Assembly: GCF_018350175.1 (NCBI RefSeq)
Contig: NC_058368.1
Coordinates: 144,400,001 to 144,464,000, forward strand
Source: Felis catus
Taxonomy: Eukaryota
Length of the DNA: 64,000 nt
Direction of reading: 5' to 3'
Below the pieces are notes generated by a model. It saw only the letters and a list, made by a program, of their open reading frames with translations. It was not told the DNA's origin and made no database searches. The translations under genes and the position numbers were made by a program. Numbering within the stretch: the stretch's first letter is position 1; each line of letters begins with the position of its first letter. Shown piece by piece: positions 38,947-49,250 of the stretch.

Positions 38947-39319
38947 TGTTGTGCACTGAATGCTTGTGTCTCCCCAGAATTCATGTGTTGACATTTAACC
39001 TCCAATGGGATGGTATTTGGAGGTGGGGCCTTTGGGAGGTTATTAGGTTGTGGAGGTAGAACTCTCATGAATGAGATTTGTGTACTAATAGGGTGATAAA
39101 GGGACCAGAGCTGGAGTGCTCTCTCTCTTGCTCTCTCTCTGTGCAATGTGAGGATACAAGAAGTCAGTCAACTGGAATTGGGGAGAGGGCTTTCACCCAA
39201 CCATGCTGACACCATGACATTGGACTTTTAGCTTCCACAACTGTGAGAAATAAACTTTTTTGTTTGTTGATAAACCACTCAGTTTATGGTATTTTGTTAG
39301 AGCAGCCTGAGATAAGACA
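38947..39319 (+). mobile_element. MaLR solo LTR (MLT1A-like) inserted in an old L1
   Basis: TG...CA termini; characteristic 'ggtatttggaggtggggcctttgggagg' and 'actgtgagaaataaa...atggtattttgtta..gcagcctga..taagaca'. Confidence 0.85.
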
Positions 39320-40559
39320 CCATTGCATCAAATAATATGAAATACTTAGAGATAAATTATATGAGTTGTGCAAGGCCCATGCGCTGAAAACTAACAAAAC
39401 ACTGCTGAGAGAAATTAAAGAAGACCTAAACAAAAGGAGATATATACCAAGTTCATGGATTGGAGGGCTCAACATTGTTAAGATAACAGTTCATCCCAAC
39501 GTGGCCTACAGATTCAACCCAATTCCCATGTAATTCCAGCAAGACTTTTTTTTGTAGAAATGTATAAGCTGAATCTAAAATTTACAAAGAATTACAAAAG
39601 ATTTAGAATAATCAAAACAATTTTGAAAAGTAAGAAACAAGGTGAAAATCCTAAATGACTTGATTTTAAGTTTTTAGAAAGTTAAAATAATCTAAACAGT
39701 GTGAGATTGGTGTAAAGATATACATCAGTGTAGATTTGTATATATATATAAAGCTATACATCAATGGAACAGGATAGAGTCCAGAAATAGACTCACATAT
39801 GTATAGCCAATTGATTTTTAACAAGGATGCCAAGGCAATTCCATAGGGAAAGAACAATTTTTTTAAGAAATGGTGCTAGAACAGTTGGATAGCCATATGC
39901 AAAAATATGAACCACAACTCATACCCTATACCATTGGATTAGGATAGTGTAAACGGATAGGGCTAAATGTAAGAGCTAACACCAGAAAAATTCTAAAAGA
40001 AAACACAAGAGAAAATCTTAATGTCCTTGGATTAATCCAAAAGACAACCCAGATGTTCATCTACAGAAAAATGGATAAACAAATGTGTTTACCCACTGTT
40101 TATCCACTCAGACAGTGCTATTATTAAAATACTATTCAGCAATGAAAAGGAACAAGCTATTGATAACACTCATCAAAATAGATGAATCCAAAATCATTAT
40201 GTGAAGTGAAAGATGCTAGATAAAAAGAGTACATCAGTACATTTATATAGGCTTCTAGGAAAAGCAAACTGACTCACAGTGACAAAATGGATGAGTGGTT
40301 GTATGGGGGTAGGAGGGCAAGGAGAAATAGGATGGGAGGGATTTCAAAGAGGAATGAGGAGACTCCAAAGGGAGATAGAGATGTTTGCTATATTGACTGT
40401 GGCCATAGTTCATGGGTATACAAATATGTCAACACTTATCAAATAGTATTCTTTAAATCTGTGCAGTTAATTGTAAATCAATCATAATCACAATAAGCCT
40501 GGTTTTAAAAAGTACAAAGAACAGTTTGTAGTATAGTGTGCAGTTTAAATCCATGGAAA

Positions 40560-40860
40560 AGTGTAACAGTCAGGAAATTAACACTAGGAAATGTAATAAG
40601 AAACCCAGTATCTCAGGGATTTAACACCACAAAAGTTTATGTTTTGCTTATGTTATATCATCACTTGGGTTATACTCCCCCTGGCACTGAGCCAGCCAAT
40701 GACTCCAGGACCTTGGCTCCTTCTGTCTTGTAGCTCTGCTGACTTCAACATGTGGTCTTTACTCTTACCAAGTATAAGGAGAAAGAGCAGAGATGATCAT
40801 GACCAGACCTACAAGGAGGTGCCCTTCAGCTCCTTGCTCATCATCCCTCAGGCCAAAACC
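40560..40860 (-). mobile_element. Old ERVL/MaLR LTR fragment
   Basis: 'tctcagggatttaacaccacaaaagtttat', 'ggctccttctgtcttgtagctctg...cttcaacatgtgg' resemble the antisense strand of old LTRs. Confidence 0.4.
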
Positions 40861-40865
40861 TAAGG

Positions 40866-40922
40866 GTCTTTTCCATGCTAGGAAGTCTTCTCCACGTTAG
40901 GAAGTCTTCTCCATGCTAGGAA
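40866..40922. repeat. 3 x 19-bp tandem repeat GTCTT(T/C)TCCA(TGC/CGT)TAGGAA
   Basis: Units at 40866, 40885 and 40904. Confidence 0.9.
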
Positions 40923-43900
40923 GAAGGACTAGTGCTTTCATCTATACATCTAGCCAGTTTCTGCCAGAAGAAAAAGAGATGTCAGAATAGTTAAGCACAC
41001 AATAATGTGTATTACGAAAAAATACTGAGCTTCTGAGCCAAAATACTTGCATTCAGATCCTTTCAGTTTTCTCCCAGAGTGAAAAGGTATTTGCTTTATA
41101 TTTCTGAACTAAGGGCACCTATTCCAGGAGTTCTCTTGAAGGAACAGTTTCTGCGCCTAAAGAGAATCCAAGTCTCTAACTCCTAGGAGGCAGAAAATTG
41201 GTATGGTCTTCACATCACTCCCACAGCCTCCCCTACTCCTTTTCTACTTCTGACCCCAAGGTATACAGCTTGCGCCTACACCATCTGCAACTATAGCACG
41301 TCTAGAATGATGTTACAGAGCCACCAAGAAATTTGCTCAGGGGCTTTTGTGCAGTTCAGCAGGAGAAAGGGATTCCTTGCCTAAGCAGTCATTTAGCTTC
41401 ATTGTGTGACCATTTGGACAGGCAGTAACAATGACAAGATGTGGACTCAAGGGCTTATACCACCAGTTGTGGGAACTTGACAAGCTCACTCGCTCTTTCC
41501 TCAAATACTTTCTTCACCTGGCTTCTGGGACACCACACTCTCCAGGCCCTCCCTCCCTGCCTGCTGTTTGTTCACTTTTTTTTTTTTCCTGCTGCCCTCC
41601 TCCTCTTCCTAATCTCTGAATGGTAGTTTGCTCCCAGGGCCCTCTCCTGGAGTGTCATCACATGTATGATTTGGGATTTTGAAAAGCTATAGAATACATT
41701 CTACATTTGTGGAAATCAGCTCCCTGCCTCCCAAACTGAATAGTTTTTGGACATCAGATAAAAATTGTCCTCCCTCTTTCCCTTCTTTTTGTCAAATTAT
41801 CTGGATAACTTCTCCCTCTACAAATAATAGAGGAAGGGAACTTATTCCAGATATGGCAGTTAATTGCTAATTTTTTTCTTATACCTTGCCTAGAAAAGGC
41901 AAAAAAAAAAAAAAAAAGACCCTTTCACTGTTATCAGTGAGAAATGCTTTATTGCCCTCAAAAATCAACTTAAACTGAACTTTTCGGGGAAAGAGTCCAT
42001 AAAATGCAAGAGGGAAAAACAATGAATTCACAGAAGAGCTTTGCTCCCACCCACTTGGAACATAGTCCCTTTAGCCAACCTGTTTGATCAGCTGGGGAAA
42101 AAGCATCCTCATTTACATAACCTCCTGACCCTTTGTGTTTCAAGGTGGCACCATTCCAGGGAAGCAGTTTCCTTATGAATGAAGGAGGCTAAAGGCCCAC
42201 CAATGCCCATCAGACCCCACAGGATACTTCTTCTCTAGATTGTCCTGGGATTTCTGGTTGTTTCCATTCAGTCTTGCAAAATGATCTAATATTTGCAAAT
42301 GTGTGTGCCCTCTAACAATTCAGTGACCAAATAGTATATTAATTTAGGAAATAGTTACTGTAATAACTTTTTGTAATAATGACTTGTGTGCCAGGTGCAT
42401 ATAAGCTCTCCTACTGGGTGCTTCTGGGATTATAGCCCTGTCTTGAAGAAGCAGATAGGCAAGTGAGAAACATCTAAACATTAATTCCTATTCCTAATAG
42501 ACTGAGCACACCAGGACTAGAGCACTGTCTTTTCTCTGTATCTTCTACATCACCTAAGTTTGAGGAAATAAACAGGTGATCAATCAATCAATCTTTCTCA
42601 CAGTGAATTTCCATAATTGAAACCAACAAAGATCACGGAGCCAAATTTCAGAGGAAGCCAGAGCTCCCTTCTGTCACTGTCAGGGGGGGCCATGACAGCT
42701 ACAACATCTTACAGTGTAGGAAGTGATGACAGACAAGAGGCTGAGGTGAACACTTCGTGTGGTTCAAATCCAAAGGACATTTGAGTAGAAAGAAAAGATC
42801 AGTTAGTACTGAAATTAGCCTCCACACCAGAGACATTGTTTATTAGGGAAAGAGTGTTTCACATCTGGAGAAAAACCACAAGTGGCTAGAAGGTTTGAAT
42901 ACTCATTGCAAAATTGTTTTTGTACTGAGTTCACACACTAATGGTTTCCACTCAACAATGGAGCCCATCAGCTACACAGGTATCAATTCATGATTCTCAG
43001 ACCTGGGACTGGACCACAGAGAAGGAAATAAAAGGCCTCCTGAGGCAATTGCCATCTCCTCCTCATCTAGAATAAATGTCCACGTTTATTTATTGTTTCT
43101 GTACTATATCTGCTCTAAAGAACAATGCAAGCTCCCAGCTGGGTGAAACCCAAATTAGCACAGCACTGTCCCTAAGACATTTAAAAATGTGCAAAGAGAA
43201 ATTGACCACTGCTCTCACACTGTAAATTCAAATGGCAATTTCTCTATTGTATAATTTTTAATAGTGAAAGTGTTTTGTTTTTGTTTTTAGGGAAAATGGA
43301 AAAAACACTCAGCTGCTCAGTGAGGCAGAGTTAAAATATTCTGCAAAAACAGCACTTATGGAACAGGCAGAACCCCTGGGCCATCAATTTATGAACACAC
43401 AACTTGTGGCACAAGACAGGTGTATTGTTGCAGATTCATGGTCCGGAAAAGGATTTTATTAAAAAAATTTTTTAACAATAAACACTTCATGGCAAACTAT
43501 TTTTATGGTAAGTGACTAATGGGAATAAAAAGTATATATAGTAGAATCAAATACTGGCACTCCCTGGGGCTTTCACCTAGCTTTCTTCTGCAGCTGCTGG
43601 GCAGGTTATTTCTTTTCCACTTACATTTTATAATAGGGGTCTCGGTTGTCTGGTTGTACTTGTGAGATTTGTTAATCAAATGCATTCCAGTCCTAGCTAG
43701 GGTATCTAGTGAATCTAAGACAGCATGACTTCTGGAGACATTCTGGCAGGGCTCAGCAAGTCTCCCTTGTTTGGGTATTTTTTTCTGGTTGAAAACTCTG
43801 CTTAAAATTTAGTTTCTTTCATCTTAATCCTGAGAAACCACATGCATTGAGAAGGGACCAACAGCATCTAGGAACAGGGGGTTGCCCTCATTAACCTTCT

Positions 43901-43989
43901 CCTCCAGTTTTAAATACAACAATGCAAGTACAAGAGGAAACGTCAAGGTTGTCCGTTATGTAAAGCCACCCTGTGACTCCACCTAAGGC

Positions 43990-44690
43990 TATGGAAATGC
44001 ATGGATGGCTGAGTGTGAGTGTATGGATGTGCAGGTGAGTTGTGAGTTTGAGTGAATGGGTTTGTGAAAGTGTGAATTTGCATGAATGTATATTTGTATG
44101 CTTCTGAGTGTTTGTGTATGAGTATGTTTGCGTATGTTTTTTTGAGTAAATGTGTTTGAGTTTGTCTGCTCCCTGTGTGTATTTGTGTATGATGATCTGT
44201 GTGTGTATTACTGTGAATGTATGAGTATAAATAAGTTGCGCATGTGTATTTATGTGTAATGCTATGAGTGTGTGTATGTTGAGTGTATATATGTGTATGT
44301 GTCCATTTTGTGTGTGAGTTTGGGCGAGTGTGTATATAAGTATATGGTTGGTTTGTGTGGTAAATGCGTGTTTGGGTGAGTGTATAAGTGTGTGCACGTA
44401 GGTAGTTGCCCGGGTAAGTGTGTAATTGCATACAAGCAAGTTTGTATTTTTGTGTGAAGTGCTCATTGTGGTTGTATTTGTTTTTATATGATTGCATAAT
44501 TTTCTGTGGAAGCATTGTGTGTGTAGGAGTGTGACTGAGTTTACGACTGTGTATTTGTGTGTATGTGTATTCTTGTTTGTATGACTGCGAACGTCGTGTG
44601 AGGGTGTAATTGTGAAAATGCGAGCGTGGTGTTTCGACCTGCACGTTGTGTCAGTGTGTTGTGTGCATGTGAGTGTATATATTCGTCTGG
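43990..44690. repeat. Long degenerate (TG)n/GT-rich low-complexity tract
   Basis: ~700 bp of TGTG/TGAG/TATG/TTTG motifs with few C on the + strand. Gives rise to the His/Thr-rich minus-strand ORFs. Confidence 0.9.
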
Positions 44691-45900
44691 GCGTGCGGGC
44701 GCGCGTGTGAGCGGGTGAGTGCTGCCGCCGCGCGCCTGCACCTCCCGGCTTTCCGCCCCATCGCGGCGCGGAAACAGAGGCAGCAGCCGGCCAGCCCGGC
44801 GAGGGAGGCACTGCGCGCGCCTGGGCGAGCGGGCTGCGCCGCCGTCACCGCCGCCGCGCCGACTTTGCCCTTTAAATCGGTCTCCAAGCCGATTACAGCT
44901 GATCTCCCACGTGACGTTTTACCTTCTGTTTCCCGGAGCCAGTTGCCCGAGGACAGTCCTCCTCGGGCTGCCGCGCGTCGCGCCGGCCCAGACCGCCGCG
45001 GGGCTCCGGCTCCCGCAACTTCGGGCGAAGCGGAGACGGGTCCGGGCGCCCTCTCGGGGCCATTTTTCCGCGCGGGCGTCGGGGGCTCCCCGGGCTTCGC
45101 TCGGCCAGGAGGGCGGCGGTCGCGGTCGAGAACGTGCCCTGGCCGCAGCCGGGAGCCCCTCGGATCCGCGAGGCGCCACGCCTCGAAGGGCGGCGGGGTG
45201 CCCTGCGCTCGGCGTCAGGCAAGGGGGCGCCCTTCGCCAGCCCGGACCGGAGCGGGCGCGCCCTGGGGCGAGTTGGCCGAGAGATGGCTTCGAGGCAGCG
45301 GTGAGCCCCCCGCGCCCTCACCATGCAGAAGAGCGTGCGCTACAACGAGGGGCACGCCCTGTACCTGGCCTTCCTGGCCCGAAAGGAGGGCACCAAGCGC
45401 GGCTTCCTGAGCAAGAAGGCAGCCGAGGCGAGTCGCTGGCACGAGAAGTGGTTCGCTCTCTACCAGAATGTGCTCTTCTACTTCGAGGGCGAGCAGAGCG
45501 GCCGCCCGGCGGGCATGTATCTCCTGGAGGGCTGCAGCTGCGAGCGGACGCCCGCGCCGCCCAGGGCCGGGGTCGGGCCGGCCGGCGCCCGGGACGCGCT
45601 GGACAAGCAGGTACCATCCGCCCTTCTTCCTCTGTCTCCCTCCCTCCCGCCGTGGAACTCCCTGTTCCAACCCTCGAGGTCTAGGGCTCGACAGAACGCG
45701 GGAACCGTGCTCCGAGATCCTAGGTTCCCCTGCGGTGTCGGGGGCAGGACATCTGCACGCGCCTCCCCATCTCCATCCCCCTTTCTCCCCCACCTCCTTG
45801 TAATCGGTACTGAGGCCCCGCTTTGTTTCTTTCGCGACCCTGAAAGAGGTCGGCTCTTTTCATTGCAAACCATCCGTTGCTTCGCTAGACCTTGTTCGGA
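44680..45900. promoter_or_regulatory. RASGRF2: CpG island / RASGRF2 promoter, 5' UTR and first exon
   Basis: Abrupt switch to very GC- and CpG-rich sequence around the ATG, against a CpG-depleted background. Contains overlapping CACGTG/TGACGT (44908-44917) and TTTAAA (44871-44876). The TSS cannot be fixed from sequence. Confidence 0.9.
45323..45610 (+). CDS. RASGRF2: RASGRF2 (Ras-specific guanine nucleotide-releasing factor 2), coding part of exon 1; N-terminal part of PH1 domain
   Basis: Translates [96 protein letters not shown], the recognisable RASGRF2 N-terminus. ATG context is accATGc. The 288 nt end at a phase-0 donor, AAGCAG|GTACCA. ORF-track residues after ...LDKQ are intron read-through. 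Confidence 0.96.
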
Positions 45901-47109
45901 AGGATTTTCTGTGGTGACGTGGGTTGACACCTGTTGGATTTAGATTGGCAAGACGGAACTAACTTATTTGGGAAAGTTTGGTTTCTCCCTTACCCGGCTG
46001 GTGCGTGTAGGTCTGTTTTGTTTTTTTTGTTTTTTTTTTTTTTTTTTGCCTGCACATGTTTGATGGCTGGTTGTGTAAGGAAGAAACGGGGGCTCCCAGG
46101 AAAGGACAGGAACTTTCTGTTGGCCGTTTTCAATCTGTTTTTGTGGTTTATGTCCGTTTACCTTGCTAACATTTGACCTGCTGGGTCTAATTATGAAGGT
46201 AAATGTGAATCCATTTCCCTCAGGATTAGTATTTGCTAGCCACATTCCTGCTACGTTTAAACATGTGGGCATTTTTAAAGAATGCTTCTCTGTACTTTTA
46301 AATGAATGCTTTGAAAATAAATGTGACCTTTTTATTCCGGGTCATAATTTTATTAGTTTTGCTGTGTTCGCACTCGGGGAGGAGAAAAGCCCCTCTAGGT
46401 TTAGTACCTCCTGCCCTCCCCCCGCCCCCCATTCCTGCAAATGCGAAATTTGTATTTTTTTTTCAATCACCATTTAGTTATTAAAGTTAGAGCAGACTAA
46501 TTTTATGGTCTCAAACGTTCTCACTTCGCTTCTAGATCTCCACCTTGAAAAAAAGAGGCCGATTGTTTTCGCTGTTGCATAAAAATGTTTCGCAGCTGAA
46601 TTTTCCCAGCAAGTTAGACCAAACAGCTTCTCCGGCAAGAGAGTGGCTGTGGGAGGCGCTAGCGATGGGATGATGAATAAGATGCCTGCATAACCCCTGG
46701 GGCTTATAAAACAATGTGTAAAATTAAGAGGAGTTCAAACTAGATTAACCAGGAGGTTTTGTTTTTTTCCCCCCCCCCACTTCGGTTTCACTATAAATCA
46801 TTAACAGACTTATTTGGTTAAACTTGTTATAGCGCATATAAATCTGAAATTTAAAAAATATCCTCTTTGGTTTTTGGGGACATGGTGAGGGTTTTTTGAA
46901 AAACTGATTTCCTATTTTGTAGATGTAGATACTGGAAATATAAGTTGAAGTTTCAAGTTCTACATTTTTTAATTTAAATTAAGAGAAGGAAAAGGGTTTT
47001 GAGGAAACAGATTTGTTTCAGTATCTATTTTTTTTTCTGTTGGTGAGATTTAAAAAAAAAAAAAAGGTATGTGTTCCAAGGCCCCACCAGAGCCATAACT
47101 AATAGGTTC

Positions 47110-47137
47110 TTTTTCTTTTTTTTTTTAATGTTTATTT

Positions 47138-47183
<46 letters not shown>

Positions 47184-47355
47184 CACACACAGAGTATGAG
47201 TGGGGGAGGGGAAGAGAGAGAGAGGGAGACATAGAATCTAAAGCAGGCTCCAGGCCTTAAACTGTCAGCACAGAGCCCCACAGGGGGCTTGCACCCAGGA
47301 ACTTCGAGATCATGACCTGAGCCAATGTTGGACGCCTAACCGACTGAGCTACCCT
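47110..47355 (-). mobile_element. Can-SINE with (GA)n, intronic
   Basis: (GA)n at ~47140-47182; flanked by TAG(G/A)TTCTT. Confidence 0.9.
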
Positions 47356-49013
47356 AGATTCTTAAATGTTATTATGTGTGAAAGAAAATATCCTGAATAT
47401 ATCATTGACTTAATTCCAAATTAGGTTTTCTCTTTGTATTTATACTAATATCAGGAGCTAGCCACTCCTTTTTTCTTTTTTTGAGTTGGGGGTGGTAAGA
47501 TGTTACTTGTCGGAACTTGTCTGGCTGGCTGACCAGTTAACATTATATGAAAACCAATATTTTTCTACTTGGAAAATATCTGTACTGTTCTTTTCTGGAC
47601 AGTTTTCTTTATACCACACTTTAATAAATAAAGGTAATCTCCAAATAGTTTGACTTTTATGCCACTTTCTAATGGAAATCCTAAGCAAGTCATCCTAGTA
47701 AAAAAAAAATTCTGTTGTCATACAAGTTATGAGTATTTCTCACTCATTCTGTACATCTTTAAGAGGATAGAAATGAGAACCTTTGGTCCATGTGAAAACA
47801 CCTGAGGTACACAGGAGTTGGATTGGGAAATCTGTCAAATTGTGTCTTCTGTTAGCCATGCCTGCCTGACTTAGGTCAGTTTAGCAGGTTGATGCTTTTC
47901 TGTAGTACTGCCTGTCTGGGTGTGTTTGAAGAATTAAGAAGAAATTGCAAAGATAGGAAACAAAAAGAAACCTTCTACCTTAAGCTTACAGTTTATGCAC
48001 TGGGTTCCCTTCCAGTTAATTTATGTTGCTGTGTGCTCCCATCTTCTCAAGCACCTAGACTTGAAACTGGCGAAGTTGAGGCACTGAACAGGGACTGTCT
48101 TAAGGTTTGCATCTCCAAATATCCTTCTGGAGCTTTTCGAATAAATGTCTCTGTCCAACCCATAAACATAGTTGAAGATCAGGGCTTGAAATGAGATTTA
48201 GGGAGGCAGAGTGGTTTTCCTCCACCATGTTGCTGTGACCTCCGTATGCAAATTTCTTAACAGTTCCTCTGTGTTTTTTTTTTCTTTCTGTGAATGAAAT
48301 CTGTTTCTTAATATTTAGAAATTAAGAGTCGGGCTAAGAAGATTTCAAGTTGCCTTTCAATAATGGTATCTCCTGTTTCTAATGTTGTAACAGCAGCGTG
48401 AGCTTTTGCTGTGTAGAGGATGTGACAGACTATTTCATAAGATTTAAAGATTACCATTCTCAGAAATAAATACTAAATCTGAGAAGCTAAGGACAAGCAC
48501 GTGATCAAAGTGGACATTCTAATAGGTCAGCAGATGTGCAAACCAACATCATCGCTAGAACAGAGACATTCTTATTTACATTGGAGGGCGATGTAATGTC
48601 ATTGACAGTTACTATAGTTAATGCAGTTTTTGCTATAAAATGCCTATAATCATTCTTGTCAGTTTAAATGGTACTTATCCTTCAAATGATTCTTAAATTC
48701 TGTTTAATTGTGTTTTAAGGTAAGTCATAAGAAGAAAACACTCACTGGTTTGCTTCTAAATAATTCAAAGGAAGTTGGGTGATGAAAGAAAAAATTAAGG
48801 TTTTTATTTTAAACCACTGTTAAAGTGTTTTTTTTTAAACTGCTTCCAGTTAAGAAGAAAAAAGAAAGGTGTTTTTCACTTTACAAATGTGCCTATGTTG
48901 AAGGAATATTTGCCTTGCTCCATTTTTTTCAGGAGTGTCCCAAAGATTTCACTTTGGTAGGTTCTTAGGAGATTGACTGCAAAACTCTCATATCAAGTTT
49001 CCTTAGTGGCTAC

Positions 49014-49250
49014 TTTTTTTTTGTTTTATGTTTATTTATTTTTGAGAGATAGAGGGAGAGAGATAGAGACGTAGGATGAGCAGGGGAGGGGTAAAGAGAG
49101 AGAGGGAGACACAGAACCCAAAGCAGGTTCCAGGCTCTGAGCTGTCACCACAGAGCCCTTAGCAGGGCTCGAACCAAGAACCAAGAGATTGTGACCGCGA
49201 GATCATGACCTGAGTCATGACACCCAGCCGACTAAGCCACCCAGGCGCCC
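49014..49250 (-). mobile_element. Can-SINE, intronic
   Basis: TSD TAGTGGCTACTTTT. Confidence 0.9.

Larger units (their letters stand above)
37230..40510 (+). mobile_element. Ancient internally deleted L1 (5' region, ORF1/ORF2 pieces, 3' end), interrupted by a SINE and MLT1A
   Basis: ORF2 RT motifs ('aatggtgaaagactgaa...ctaagatcaggaac', 'ttcatggattggagggctcaacattgttaaga') and an L1M-type 3' end at ~40050-40510. Confidence 0.8.

Noticed and set aside
40866..40922. Short direct repeats as a CRISPR-like array
   Set aside because: Head-to-tail units without unique spacers, in a mammalian genome.
43891..44811. 306-aa and 233-aa His/Thr-rich minus-strand ORFs
   Set aside because: Translation of the CA-rich low-complexity strand, which has few stop codons; no domain recognisable.
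44673..45930. Several long overlapping ORFs (245, 321, 143, 192, 150 aa) in the CpG island
   Set aside because: Stop-poor GC-rich sequence giving Arg/Ala/Pro/Gly-rich translations; only the 45323 frame matches a known protein.
45611..45943. C-terminal 110 aa of the 206-aa ORF
   Set aside because: Lies past the splice donor and does not resemble RASGRF2; intronic read-through.
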